Notes: generated by a model from the letters alone, not told the origin. Shown: positions 9,762-20,088, counted from the first letter of the stretch. The stretch is DNA of 64,000 bases from an uncultured delta proteobacterium (GCA_963745025.1 CAVUWD010000005.1:32001-96000); one strand, 5' to 3'. Made by a program: numbers and translations.

Positions 9762-11657
9762 CTAGCTGCCCCAGCGCTCCAGCCAGCGCTGGAACATGAT
9801 GACCGGCCACAGCCGCCGTGCGTGGTTGGCTGCGCCGCGGCGATGCTCGTCGAGCAGGCGGCGGACGCCATCCGGCCGGATCCACCCCTCCGCCTCCAGG
9901 CGCCGCGACTCCAGCACGCGGTCGACCTCCCCCCGCAGGCTCCCGTTGATCCACGAGGCGATCGGCACACTGAGGCCTCGCTTCTTGCGGCGCAGGATGG
10001 TGCCCGGCAGCAGCGGCCGCGCCGCCTCCTTGAGCACTGCCTTCATCGTGAGGCCGCTCACCTTGAGCGCGCCCGGCAGGCTCAGGGCCAGCTCCATGAC
10101 CTGCCGGTCGAGGAACGGGGCCCGCGCCTCGACGGAAGCGAGCATCGTTGCGCGATCGACTTTCATGAGGAGATCGTCGGGCAGGTAGGTGAGGAAGTCG
10201 AGCAACAGCACGCCGTCCAGCACGTCCCGCTGTGCCAGCGCCATGGTGCCCTTGGCGTCCAACTCCGCGCGCGCCTCGGCGAGCCCCGGCGCGGCGGCCG
10301 GGCCGAGTAGGCCGTCCAGCGCCGCCGCCCCCAGCGCTCCGAACCACTCGACGTGCCGCGCGAGCGGCGGCAGCAGAGCGTTGCTCACAAACCCTTTGAG
10401 CAGAAACTCGATTGTGACCTTGCGGGGCGACGGGGGCCACGCGAGCACGGCGTGCGTGATCGCGCGCCGCACCGGGGCCGGCAGGCCGGCGAAGGCGCTA
10501 GCCGCACGGTGGCCGAGATAGGTCGGATAGCCGCCGAACAGCTCGTCCGCACCCTCGCCCGAGAGGATGACTTTCACGTCCCGCCGTGCCGCCTCAGCGA
10601 GCAGGTAGGTGGGCAGGATGGCCGGGTCGCCGAGCGGCTCGTCGAGCCGGTCGCGAATGATGTCGAGCGCTCGGCGCAGGTTGTCCGGATCGCACGGGAC
10701 GGTGCGGTGCGCCGTGCGGAAGCGGGACGCGACGAGCGCGGCCGGGCCGCTCTCGTCGTACGACGGGTCGCCGAACGAGACGGTGTAGGTGAAGATGCCG
10801 CCGTGGTCGAAGCGCTCGGCGGCGAGGGCGGTCAGTATCGAGGAGTCGAGTCCGCCGCTCAGGAACACGCCGACCGGCACGTCCGCCATCAGCTCGCGTG
10901 CGACCGCCTGCCGGACGACCGCGCACACCGCGCCCGCGGCCTCTCGCCGGTCGGTCGCCAAGGCTCCGTTGCGCGCAGCGAAGTCGTCCGCGCGCCAGTA
11001 GGGTGACAGGCGCACGCCCGACGCGTCTGCGGCGAGCACGTGTCCCGGTGGCAGATTCCGGATGCCGCGGCGCATCGTGCGCGGGGAGAGGACATAGCCG
11101 AGCGCAAAGAACGTCGCCGCGGCGGCGGGATCGAGCGTGCGGTCTACGGCCGGATAGGCGAGGATGGCCTTGGGCTCGGAGGCGAAGACCAGCTCGCTTC
11201 CCAGGTCGGCGTAGAAGAGCGGCTTCTCGCCGCTGCGGTCCCGGGCCAGCAGCAGGCGCCGGGTACGGTCGTCCCAGATTGCCAACCCGAACATTCCCTC
11301 GAGCATGCGCACGCACGCGTCCCCGTACGCCAGGTACAGCGGCAAGACGGACTCGACGTCGGAGCGCGATCGGAACGGATAGCCCTGCGCCGCGGGGTCC
11401 TTCCGCAGGTCTTCGGAGTTGTAGATCTCCCCGTTGCAAACGACCGAGACCTGGCCATCCGGCGACGTGAACGGCTGGTTGCCGCACGCCAGGTCGATGA
11501 TGGCGAGCCGCCGGATCTGCAGCGAGGCGGCCGGGAAGTCCACGCTCCCGGCGCCGTCGGGTCCGCGGTGCTCTAGCGTCTCGCGCATCTTCGGTAGAGC
11601 ATCAGGGAACCGCAGCGGCGCACCGGTACGGGAGACCACGCCGGTGATGCCGCACAT
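9762..11657 (-). CDS. asnB: Asparagine synthase-like glutamine amidotransferase
   Basis: MCGITG start, HRGPDG, RLAIID, NGEIYN, LSGGLDSS, LSGEGADELFGGY, KVDRATMLASVEARAPFLD; TAATG coupling to upstream gene. Confidence 0.93.
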   Translation of the reverse strand: MCGITGVVSRTGAPLRFPDALPKMRETLEHRGPDGAGSVDFPAASLQIRRLAIIDLACGNQPFTSPDGQVSVVCNGEIYNSEDLRKDPAAQGYPFRSRSDVESVLPLYLAYGDACVRMLEGMFGLAIWDDRTRRLLLARDRSGEKPLFYADLGSELVFASEPKAILAYPAVDRTLDPAAAATFFALGYVLSPRTMRRGIRNLPPGHVLAADASGVRLSPYWRADDFAARNGALATDRREAAGAVCAVVRQAVARELMADVPVGVFLSGGLDSSILTALAAERFDHGGIFTYTVSFGDPSYDESGPAALVASRFRTAHRTVPCDPDNLRRALDIIRDRLDEPLGDPAILPTYLLAEAARRDVKVILSGEGADELFGGYPTYLGHRAASAFAGLPAPVRRAITHAVLAWPPSPRKVTIEFLLKGFVSNALLPPLARHVEWFGALGAAALDGLLGPAAAPGLAEARAELDAKGTMALAQRDVLDGVLLLDFLTYLPDDLLMKVDRATMLASVEARAPFLDRQVMELALSLPGALKVSGLTMKAVLKEAARPLLPGTILRRKKRGLSVPIASWINGSLRGEVDRVLESRRLEAEGWIRPDGVRRLLDEHRRGAANHARRLWPVIMFQRWLERWGS

Positions 11658-13360
11658 TACCGGGGCGCCTTCGCGGGCCGCGCGCCGCACGGCCCGTAGG
11701 CAACGAACCGGCCGCCGGCCCCGCCGCCGGCGATGCGCGGCAGCCGCGCGGCGAGCGTTGCCGCCTCCGGGGCTTTGTGACCGACCACGAAGACGGTTGG
11801 CTCCTCGCACGCGTCGAGTTCGGTGCGCCACCAGCCGGCAGGCCGCAGCGGAGAGCCCGGAAGGTCACGGAACTCGTCGACGCGGCTGGCGACGTAGTGG
11901 CTCGTCATCTCGTGCCCAGTGGCCGTGGTCATTAGCATGGGACGGTCGAGATAGTAGCGCAGGGACGTCGGGTACGCAGCAACGCCCACGACGCGGGCGC
12001 CGGGCGCGGCGCGCTCGATCGCAGCCGCCAAGTCGAACGAAGAGCGGTCGTGCCCAATCGCGTGCATCAGCGACGACCCGACGAACGGCACGGCTGCGAC
12101 CGGCAGGGCGAGGGCTGCGGCCCCTACCCATACGCTCCTCTGGCGCGCACCCCACGCCGCCAGCGCCGCCGCGACCGCGAGTACGACGGCGAAGACCAGG
12201 GCAAAGCCCGGGATCGCCTGGCGCACTGACGTCGCCAGCCCCGGGATCGCGCCGACGAACGGCGTGCCCACGGCCATCACGGCCCCGAGCGCCAACATCG
12301 CGCCGGCCGCGATGCGGGAGCTGCGGGCTGCGGACGTGCGGATCGCCTCGTCGCGTAGCGCGTACGCGAAGAAGAGTCCGGCGCCCAGCGCCACGCCCGG
12401 CAGGGCGGGGAGGTAGTAGCCAGGGAGCTTCGACTGCGAGAACGAGAAGAAGACGAGCGGCATCAGCACCCACGCGATGGCCAGAACGGCCGCGCGGCTC
12501 TCATTGCTCCGGCGTGCCGCGCGGCAGCGCACGGCCTCAGCGAGACCTGCGACGGCCGGCACGATCCACGGGAAGCTGCCCCCGAGGAGGACCGGCACGA
12601 AGAACCAGATCGGGCGCGCACGTCCGTGCGTCGTCGTGGCGACACGCTCCAGCGACTCGTACACGATCGCATAGCGCGGGAAGTCGGGGCGCCGGAGCGC
12701 CACCGCGATGAACCACGGCAGCCCGGTGACCAGCGCCCACGGCCACGCGCGCAACGCGAAGTAGCGCCGCAGCCGCAATCCGGCTGCAAACCCCCAGGCG
12801 ACCAGGATGAGCACGGGCACGATGATGGCGACGGGGCCCTTTGTGATGGTGCCGACCCCCACGAGCGCCCACGAGAGCGCGAACCAGCGCACAGCGTGCG
12901 GTTCGTCCTCGAAGCCGCGCCACGCCGCCGCGAGGGTGGCGGTCTCGAGGAAGAGGAGCGCGGGGTCGGGGATCACGGCGCGGCCATAGGCCAGCGGCAG
13001 CGGCATCGTCGCGAGCGCCACCGCGGCGATCTCGCCGGTGCCGGCGGGTCCCATGCGGCGGCCGAGTCGCCAGACGAGGAGCACCGTGGCGAGCACGAAG
13101 GTGAGGGAGGCGGCACGCGCGCCGCCTTCGGACCCCCCGAACACCTCGAGGCCGAGCGCGACGGCGGCGAAGTACGGGGCGGGCTTGTCGAGATAGGGCA
13201 GGCCGTTCAGGTGGGGCAGCACCCAGTCGCCGCCGCGGACCATCTCGCGGGCAACCTGGGCGTTGCGTCCCTCGTCCGGCTCGAGCAGCGGGTAGCCGCC
13301 GAGGTTCCAGCCCAGCGCGAGAAGCGCGCAGGCGCCGACCACGATCCAGGCGCGCGGCAT
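11657..13360 (-). CDS. ArnT/PMT-family (GT-C) membrane glycosyltransferase
   Basis: LEPDEGRNAQVAREM...PHLNGLPYLDKPAPYF, TKGPV, FFSFSQSKLPGYYLP; many TM segments. Confidence 0.9.
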   Translation of the reverse strand: MPRAWIVVGACALLALGWNLGGYPLLEPDEGRNAQVAREMVRGGDWVLPHLNGLPYLDKPAPYFAAVALGLEVFGGSEGGARAASLTFVLATVLLVWRLGRRMGPAGTGEIAAVALATMPLPLAYGRAVIPDPALLFLETATLAAAWRGFEDEPHAVRWFALSWALVGVGTITKGPVAIIVPVLILVAWGFAAGLRLRRYFALRAWPWALVTGLPWFIAVALRRPDFPRYAIVYESLERVATTTHGRARPIWFFVPVLLGGSFPWIVPAVAGLAEAVRCRAARRSNESRAAVLAIAWVLMPLVFFSFSQSKLPGYYLPALPGVALGAGLFFAYALRDEAIRTSAARSSRIAAGAMLALGAVMAVGTPFVGAIPGLATSVRQAIPGFALVFAVVLAVAAALAAWGARQRSVWVGAAALALPVAAVPFVGSSLMHAIGHDRSSFDLAAAIERAAPGARVVGVAAYPTSLRYYLDRPMLMTTATGHEMTSHYVASRVDEFRDLPGSPLRPAGWWRTELDACEEPTVFVVGHKAPEAATLAARLPRIAGGGAGGRFVAYGPCGARPAKAPR

Positions 13361-13723
13361 CCGATCGGTCCCACGGAACGGGGAAACTCCTGCTTCACCT
13401 AGATCAAGTCCGTTCTGCACCCGGTTCCTCGAACTCGAGGCCGGCAAGCAGGTCGGCGAGCGCGATTCCTCGATCGCTGGCGCGACCACCGACCGGGATG
13501 TCGACTCCGCCGCGGCAAAGCCGTTGCGGCTTCAGCTCCCCACCGAGCGCCGCCTTCACCGCTTGCGACGAGAGGCTTGCGCTGCCTGCAGCGGACTCGG
13601 CCTCCACCGCCGTCGGGTGAGCCTCGTCGAGAATCGCGAATCGCTGGGTTCTCATGCGCTCGACCGATATTCGGCGGAAATCCACCTGTCAAACCGGCGG
13701 ATCCGTGCTATGAGCGTCGGCCG

Positions 13724-14815
13724 ATGGAGACTATCAATTTCACACGCGGCGTACCCGCGAACGAATCGTTTCCGATCGACGAAGTGATCGACGCCGCGAG
13801 CGGCGCGTTCAAGTCGCGTGGCGCCGCGATGCTGCAGTACGGCCCGTCGCTCGGTTTTCAGCCGCTGCGCGAGTGGCTCGCCGAGTGGCAGGGTGTGAGC
13901 GTCGATCGCGTGCTCACCGGCAACGGCTCGCTGCAGCTGGTCGAGTTCCTCTGCCTCCACCTCCTGAAGCCGGGGGACGTGGTCTTCACCGAGTCGCCGA
14001 CCTACGACCGGACGATCACGCTGCTTCGCCGTCACGGCGCGCGGGTGATCGGCATCCCGCTCGAGCCCGACGGCCCGAATCTCGCGGCGCTCGAGAAGGC
14101 GTTCGCGCGGACCGCCGCGCCGAAGTTCTTCTACGTGATCCCCGACTTCCAGAATCCCGCCGGCGCGACGTGTTCGGGGGAGAAGCGGCGGAGGCTCGTC
14201 GAGCTCGCCGAGCGGCACGGGTTCCTGCTCGTCGAGGACGCGCCCTACCGCCGTCTTCGCTATCACGGCCGCGAAGAGCCGACGCTCTACTCGCTGGCGC
14301 CCGCGCGCACGCTGCACATGAGCTCGTTCACCAAGCTGATCGCGCCCGGGGTCCGAACCGGGTTCATGATCGGCGACCCGGCGCTGATCGCCAAGCTCGC
14401 CAAGGTTGCGGAGGACACCTACATCTCGCCCGGCTACGTCGCGCAGGGGATCACCCACGAGTGGTGCCGACGCGGATTGCTCGCGCCGCAGATCGAGCGC
14501 TTGAAGAAGCTCTACGCGCCGCGGCTCGACGCCTGCCTCGGTGCGATCGACAAGTACATGCCCGACGCGGTGGCGACGAGGCCTGCCGGCGGATTCTTCA
14601 TCTCCCTGACGCTGCCGGAGGGCATCCAGACGACGGCGGTGCGGCTGGAGGCCGCCAAGCGCGGGCTCAACCTCGCCGACGGGCTCGCCTTCTTCCCCGA
14701 AGGAGGAGGCGAGCGGTTCCTGCGTCTGCCGTTTTGCGCGCTGACGCCGGCGGAGATCGACGAGGGAATTCGGCGGCTCGCAGAGACGGTGAAGGTGGTA
14801 CGGAGCGCGCGATAG
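13724..14815 (+). CDS. PLP-dependent class I/II aminotransferase (LysN/MocR-like, no HTH)
   Basis: LQYGPSLG, ESPTYDR, IPDFQNPAG, EDAPY, SFTKLIAPGVRTG. Confidence 0.92.
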   Translation: METINFTRGVPANESFPIDEVIDAASGAFKSRGAAMLQYGPSLGFQPLREWLAEWQGVSVDRVLTGNGSLQLVEFLCLHLLKPGDVVFTESPTYDRTITLLRRHGARVIGIPLEPDGPNLAALEKAFARTAAPKFFYVIPDFQNPAGATCSGEKRRRLVELAERHGFLLVEDAPYRRLRYHGREEPTLYSLAPARTLHMSSFTKLIAPGVRTGFMIGDPALIAKLAKVAEDTYISPGYVAQGITHEWCRRGLLAPQIERLKKLYAPRLDACLGAIDKYMPDAVATRPAGGFFISLTLPEGIQTTAVRLEAAKRGLNLADGLAFFPEGGGERFLRLPFCALTPAEIDEGIRRLAETVKVVRSAR

Positions 14816-14878
14816 CGAACGCGCGAGCCGGAGCGGAATCACGCGAGCTGCAGACCCGCACTTGTCGCGCCTCGCCCG

Positions 14879-15748
14879 ATGGTCCATGCTTCGCCCGTGA
14901 AGCGAGGGGTGTTCGCGACCGATCGCAAGCCCTCCGAATCGGTCGAAGTCGTGCCGACGACCCGCCTCGCGGGACGGCGCTCCTCGCGGGTTCGCGACTC
15001 GGTGGCGCGCGAGGAGCCGCTCGAGATCCAGCTCGACGGCACCTCGCTGACGGTGCTGATGCGCACGCCGGGTCACGACGAGGAACTCGCGCTCGGTCTT
15101 CTCTGGAGCGAGCGGGTGATCGAATCGCTGGCGGACGTGACCTCCGTGCGCCACGCCACGCTCGCGCCGAACCCCGAAGCCGCCGACAACATCATGCAGA
15201 TCCGCTTGCGAGACGGGGTGCGGGTCGATTGGCAGCGGCTCAAGCGAAACTTCTATGCGAGCGCGAGCTGTGGAATTTGCGGCAAGGCGACGATCGACGG
15301 CGCGCTCGCCGAGGCGCCTCCGCTTGAGGACCGCTCGAAGTTTCGCGCGGCCTCGTTTTATCCGCTCCCGGAGCGGCTCCGAGCCGCCCAGGAGGCGTTC
15401 GGCGCGACCGGTGGCCTGCACGCGGCCGGCCTCTTCGACGCCGAAGGCAGGCTCTTCGTCGTTCGTGAGGATGTCGGGCGCCACAACGCGGTCGACAAGG
15501 TGATCGGCTGGGCGCTCGAGCGTGGTCGGCTGCCGCTTCACGGCCACGTGCTCCTCGTCTCGGGGCGGATCTCCTACGAGATCGCCGCGAAGGCGCTGAC
15601 CGCGCGGGTCCCTGTGGTGGCGGCGTTGTCGGCGCCGTCGTCGCTCGCAATCGCGCTCGCCGAGCGGGCGCACATGACGCTCGTCGGATTCCTGCGCGGC
15701 CACGGCTTCAACGTCTACGGCGACCGCTCGCGGGTGATCGCCGCTTGA
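14879..15748 (+). CDS. fdhD: Formate dehydrogenase accessory sulfurtransferase FdhD
   Basis: EEPLEI, MRTPGHDEELALG, SCGICGK, TGGLHAAG, REDVGRHNAVDK, SAPSSLA. Confidence 0.95.
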   Translation: MVHASPVKRGVFATDRKPSESVEVVPTTRLAGRRSSRVRDSVAREEPLEIQLDGTSLTVLMRTPGHDEELALGLLWSERVIESLADVTSVRHATLAPNPEAADNIMQIRLRDGVRVDWQRLKRNFYASASCGICGKATIDGALAEAPPLEDRSKFRAASFYPLPERLRAAQEAFGATGGLHAAGLFDAEGRLFVVREDVGRHNAVDKVIGWALERGRLPLHGHVLLVSGRISYEIAAKALTARVPVVAALSAPSSLAIALAERAHMTLVGFLRGHGFNVYGDRSRVIAA

Positions 15749-17976
15749 GTGGGCCGGAACGATCTGCCGGCGGCCTGGGGGCGATCGCGGCGACGCTGAA
15801 GAGCCTCGCGCGCACGAGCCTCTGGCGCGGCGGACGGGCGCTGCTGCAGCTCAATCGAGAAACGGGATTCAGCTGTCCGGGGTGTGCGTGGCCCGAGGCT
15901 GCCGCGCGGATCGATTTTTGCGAGAACGGAGTGAAGCACGTCGCCCACGAGGTCACGAGGCGTCGGGTCACGCGCGAATTCTTCGCCGCGTGGCCGATCC
16001 CGAAGCTCCTCGCCGAGACCGATCACTGGCTCGAGCGGCAAGGACGATTGGTCGAGCCGATGCTCAAGCGCGCGGGCTCGGACCGGTACGAGCCGCTCTC
16101 GTGGGATGCCGCGTTTCAGAGGATCGCCGAGACCCTGCGCGGGCTCGACTCGCCGAACGAAGCGGTCTTCTACACATCCGGGCGCACCAGTAACGAGGCC
16201 GCGTTTCTCTATCAGCTGCTCGCCCGACAGTTCGGCACCAACAACCTGCCCGACTGCTCGAACATGTGCCACGAGTCGAGCGGCACGGCCCTCTCGCAGG
16301 TGATCGGCGTCGGCAAGGGCACGGTCGCTCTCGACGATTTCGAGAAGGCGGATGCGATCTTCATTATCGGCCAGAACCCGGGGACGAACCATCCGCGGAT
16401 GTTCACGACGCTGGTCGAGGCGAAGCGGCGCGGCGCGAAGATCGTCAGCATCAATCCCCTGAAGGAGTCCGCGCTCGTTCGCTTCACCCATCCACAGGAA
16501 GTGCTCGGCCTGCTCGGGCGGGGCACCGAGATCTCGGACCTCTATCTTCAGGTCCGCGTCGGCGGCGACATCGCGCTGCTCAAGGGCATCATGAAGGAGG
16601 TGCTGGCGGCCGAAGATCGCGCGCCGGGGCGGATCCTCGATTGGGCGTTCATCCGCAACCACACCGAAGGACTCGAGACGTTTCGCGCCGCGCTCGATCG
16701 CATTCCGTTCGACGACTTGGTGCGGGAGAGCGGCGTCTCCCGCGAAGACATGCACAGGGCCGCCGCGGTCTACCTCGGCGCCGAGCGCGTGATCGCCTGC
16801 TGGGCGATGGGGCTCACACAGCACAAGCACGGCGTCGCCAACGTGCAGGAGATCGCCAACCTGCTGCTGCTGCGCGGCAACATCGGCAAGCCGGGTGCGG
16901 GGGTGTGCCCGGTGCGCGGTCACAGCAACGTTCAGGGCGATCGCACGATGGGAATCTGGGAGACGCCGAAGCCCGAATTCCTGCAGAAGCTCGGCGCGCA
17001 GTTTCGCTTCGAGCCGCCGCGCGCGCCGGGCCTCGATACGGTGGCGGCCATCCGCGCGATGCACGAGGGGCGGGCAAGGGTGTTCTGCGCCATAGGCGGC
17101 AACTTCGCGGTCGCGACGCCCGACACGGCGTACACGGCGCGGGCGCTGCGCCGTTGTAGGTTGACGGTCGGCGTCGCGACCACGCTGAATCGCACGCACC
17201 TCGTCACCGGCGAGGAAGCGGTCCTGCTTCCTTGTCTCGGCCGAACCGAGATCGATCGGCAGAGGAACAAGCCGCAGTTCGTGACGATCGAGGATTCGAT
17301 GAGCGCCGTGCACCGCTCCGAAGGAAAGCTCGCGCCGGTCTCCGCCGAGCTCAAGAGCGAGCCGGCGATCGTCGCTGGCATCGCATGCGCTCTCTTCGGC
17401 GACGACGGGCCGGTGCCGTGGCGAGACCTCGGCGAAGACTACGACCTCATCCGCGACGCGATCGCGCACGTGGTGCCCGGCTTCGAAGACTTCAACCGCC
17501 GGGTGCGCGAGGGCGCGGGCTTTCGACTACCGAGCGGCGCGCAGCGCCGAGAGTTCGCCACCCCTTCGGGCAAGGCCTCGTTCACGACGCTGCCGCTACC
17601 GCGGATGGAGCTCGCGAGCGACGAGTTCCTGATGATGACGATCCGCAGCCACGATCAGTTCAATACCACCATCTACGGCTTCGACGATCGCTATCGCGGG
17701 ATCTCCGGCAACCGCCGCGTCGTGCTGCTGCACCCCGACGACATCGCCGCCGAGGGCGTGAAAGCCGGTGATCTCGTCGATCTCGAAAGCCGCTTCGGGG
17801 CCGAGCGGCGCGCGCTTCGCGGCTTTGCCGTCGTCGCCTATGACGTGCCGCGCCGCTGCGCGGCGACCTACTATCCCGAGGCGAACGCGCTGGTGCCGAT
17901 CGGCAGCGTCGCCGACGGCAGCAACACGCCGACTTACAAGTCGGTGCGCATCGTCATCCGGCGCGCTGCGTCCTAG
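15745..17976 (+). CDS. FdhF/YdeP-family molybdopterin oxidoreductase (Cys ligand)
   Basis: CPGCAWP, FCENG, FYTSGRTSNEAAF, NNLPDCSNMCHE, PVRGHSNVQGDRTMG, TIRSHDQFNTTIYG. Confidence 0.95.
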   Translation: MSGPERSAGGLGAIAATLKSLARTSLWRGGRALLQLNRETGFSCPGCAWPEAAARIDFCENGVKHVAHEVTRRRVTREFFAAWPIPKLLAETDHWLERQGRLVEPMLKRAGSDRYEPLSWDAAFQRIAETLRGLDSPNEAVFYTSGRTSNEAAFLYQLLARQFGTNNLPDCSNMCHESSGTALSQVIGVGKGTVALDDFEKADAIFIIGQNPGTNHPRMFTTLVEAKRRGAKIVSINPLKESALVRFTHPQEVLGLLGRGTEISDLYLQVRVGGDIALLKGIMKEVLAAEDRAPGRILDWAFIRNHTEGLETFRAALDRIPFDDLVRESGVSREDMHRAAAVYLGAERVIACWAMGLTQHKHGVANVQEIANLLLLRGNIGKPGAGVCPVRGHSNVQGDRTMGIWETPKPEFLQKLGAQFRFEPPRAPGLDTVAAIRAMHEGRARVFCAIGGNFAVATPDTAYTARALRRCRLTVGVATTLNRTHLVTGEEAVLLPCLGRTEIDRQRNKPQFVTIEDSMSAVHRSEGKLAPVSAELKSEPAIVAGIACALFGDDGPVPWRDLGEDYDLIRDAIAHVVPGFEDFNRRVREGAGFRLPSGAQRREFATPSGKASFTTLPLPRMELASDEFLMMTIRSHDQFNTTIYGFDDRYRGISGNRRVVLLHPDDIAAEGVKAGDLVDLESRFGAERRALRGFAVVAYDVPRRCAATYYPEANALVPIGSVADGSNTPTYKSVRIVIRRAAS

Positions 17977-17977
17977 G

Positions 17978-18000
17978 CGGCTACCGGCTACCGGCTACCG
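17978..18000. repeat. Tandem heptamer repeat (CGGCTAC)x3 between convergent genes
   Basis: cggctaccggctaccggctaccg directly after the stop; related units at 26300-26361, 36101-36155 and 60444-60465. Confidence 0.7.
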
Positions 18001-18093
18001 CTGAAGATACCCCTCATGGTTTCGGCGAACCCGTGGAATTCTGCCGCAGTCGCTCGAGGCCACGACCGCACGGCTCTGCGGCGGTCGTCTCGG

Positions 18094-18894
18094 CTACGCG
18101 TCGCGGAACTTCGCGGGCCGCTTCTCGAGAAACGCGCGCAGGCCCTCGCGAAAATCTTCGCCGCGGGTGCAGAGGATCTGGTTGCGATCCTCCATGGCGA
18201 TCACTTGCTCGAGGCTCCCCGCATCGAGGCTCATGTTCAGACACTCCTTGGTGAGCTTCACGCCGAGGGGGGAGTTCCGCAAGATGTCGCCGGCGAGCGC
18301 GCGCGCCGTCGACTCGAGCTCGGCGTCGGGGACCACGCGCGAGACCAGCCCGAGCGTCTCGGCGCGAGCGGCGTCGATGAAGTTGCCGGTGAGCAGCAGC
18401 TCCGCCGCGACCGAGGCCCCGACCATGCGCGGCAGGAAATAGCTGACGCCGACGTCGCAGGCCGAAAGCCCGATGCGGATGAAGGCCGCATTCATGCGAG
18501 CCGATTCGCCGGCGATGCGCACGTCGGCGCCGAGCGCGAGCGCGAAGCCGCCGCCCGAGGCGGCGCCGTGCACGCAGGCGATGATCGGCTGGGGCGCGCG
18601 GCGCATCATCAGCACGAGCTCGCTGATCCGGCGCTGCGCGCGGAGGCCCCCCGGCACGCCGCTCTCGACATCCTCCTCGCTGCTCGCCCTCTCCTTGAGA
18701 TCGAGTCCGGCGGAAAATGCCCGGCCCGCACCGCGCAGCACGACGACGCGCGTCTGGCGATCTTCGGGCAGGCTCGAGAAGAGCTCGCGGAGCTCGGCGA
18801 CGAGCCGGCGGCTCATCGCGTTCAGCCGCTCGGGCCGGTTGAGCGTCAGCCAGGCGACTTCGCCCTCGCGTTCGAGCTTCAGAGTCTCGAACAC
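18094..18894 (-). CDS. Enoyl-CoA hydratase/isomerase family protein
   Basis: LNRPERLNA, GAGRAFSAGLD, VHGAASGGGFALAL, DFREGLRAFLEKRPA. Confidence 0.93.
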   Translation of the reverse strand: MFETLKLEREGEVAWLTLNRPERLNAMSRRLVAELRELFSSLPEDRQTRVVVLRGAGRAFSAGLDLKERASSEEDVESGVPGGLRAQRRISELVLMMRRAPQPIIACVHGAASGGGFALALGADVRIAGESARMNAAFIRIGLSACDVGVSYFLPRMVGASVAAELLLTGNFIDAARAETLGLVSRVVPDAELESTARALAGDILRNSPLGVKLTKECLNMSLDAGSLEQVIAMEDRNQILCTRGEDFREGLRAFLEKRPAKFRDA

Positions 18895-18896
18895 GG

Positions 18897-19295
18897 CTAT
18901 CGACCGAAGGCCTGGGTCACGAGCTCGGTATCGAGGTATTCGGTGATCGCCTTCACTTTGCCGCCCTCGACGCGGAACAATTGACAGTAGCGGTTGTTGT
19001 ACGGCTTGCCGCTCTTCGTCGTCGAGCGGCCGCGCGCTTGCACGACTACCGTGTCGCCTTCGGCGACCATGCCGTCCACGGTGAGCGAGAGCCCGCCCTC
19101 GAGCTGGCTCATCAGCGGCGTCAGCAACTTCTCCACCACCTCGCCCTTGCCGTTGAACGTGCCGGAGTACTTCGTGCTGCCCATGACCGTGAAGCGCACG
19201 TCGTCGGCCAGGCGATCGAGGTAACCCGCGCCGTTTCCACGCGAGAGCTCCGCGAACATGGTTTCGATCAGCTTCTTGTTTTCGTCTTCACCCAT
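18897..19295 (-). CDS. SnoaL/NTF2-like protein
   Basis: ENKKLI...LADDVRF, AEGDTVVV, GKPYNNRYC, EYLDT. Confidence 0.9.
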   Translation of the reverse strand: MGEDENKKLIETMFAELSRGNGAGYLDRLADDVRFTVMGSTKYSGTFNGKGEVVEKLLTPLMSQLEGGLSLTVDGMVAEGDTVVVQARGRSTTKSGKPYNNRYCQLFRVEGGKVKAITEYLDTELVTQAFGR

Positions 19296-19305
19296 GATGC
19301 ACCTC

Positions 19306-20088
19306 CTATCCGAGGAACCCGGAGACGGCCGAAACGAACACTTCCGGCTGCTCGTAGGGGACCATGTGGCCGGCCTCGCGGATCTGCACCAAGCGCGAGC
19401 CCGCGATCGATTGGTTCCAGCGTTCGGCGTAGACGGGTGGGATCAGCGCGTCGCTCGCTCCCCAAACGATCAGCGTCTCGGCCTTGATGCGGTACAGCCG
19501 CTTCGAGAGGCGCCGATTCGGGATCGGGAAGAGGATCTTGCCGGCCATCGCCATGCGGCGGGAATTGACGATGTAGAACTCGGCCAGCACCTCGAGGTTC
19601 GAGAAGTCGAGCCCCCCGGTGAGCAGCGCGAGTCCGGCCGCGGGGTCGTGGAAAAGGTACTTCGGGTACTCGTGCGGCAGCATCGCGTAGAGATCCGGAA
19701 TCGGCTGCTCGGGAATCCACAGACCCGCCGCGCCGACGAGCACGAGCTTGCGAAGGTCGTTCGGCGAGGTCGCCGCCATCTCCGCGGCGATCATGCCGCC
19801 CATCGAGTGACCGACGAGGTGCGGCTTGTCGATGCCGAGCTCGGCGACCACGTCGGCGGCGTGAAGCGTGAAATCCAGCATGTCCTCGAGGAGATCCTCT
19901 CCGGTCGAGTCGCCGTAGCCTGGGAGCTCGGGGGCGAACACGTGGTAGCTCTTCGCGAGCGCGTCGAGAAAGGGATTGTCGGGAAAGAGACCCCCGGCAC
20001 CGTGAAGGAAGACGACGGGAGTGCCGCTGCCCGCCTCGAGCACGCGCACCCTGCAGCCTCGCTTGGTCGTCAGGAATCGGCTCTTCAT
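19306..20088 (-). CDS. Alpha/beta hydrolase
   Basis: VVFLHGAGG, PELPGYG, GHSMGG, WGASD, AGHMVPYEQP. Confidence 0.92.
   Translation of the reverse strand: MKSRFLTTKRGCRVRVLEAGSGTPVVFLHGAGGLFPDNPFLDALAKSYHVFAPELPGYGDSTGEDLLEDMLDFTLHAADVVAELGIDKPHLVGHSMGGMIAAEMAATSPNDLRKLVLVGAAGLWIPEQPIPDLYAMLPHEYPKYLFHDPAAGLALLTGGLDFSNLEVLAEFYIVNSRRMAMAGKILFPIPNRRLSKRLYRIKAETLIVWGASDALIPPVYAERWNQSIAGSRLVQIREAGHMVPYEQPEVFVSAVSGFLG

Noticed and set aside
13404-13685. 93 aa minus-strand ORF upstream of the ArnT-like gene
   Set aside because: No motif or convincing RBS
15745-17976. Selenocysteine formate dehydrogenase
   Set aside because: No in-frame TGA; Cys-type YdeP-like motif
17978-18000. CRISPR array
   Set aside because: 7 bp tandem units without spacers; no cas genes or regular repeat-spacer pattern seen in the window
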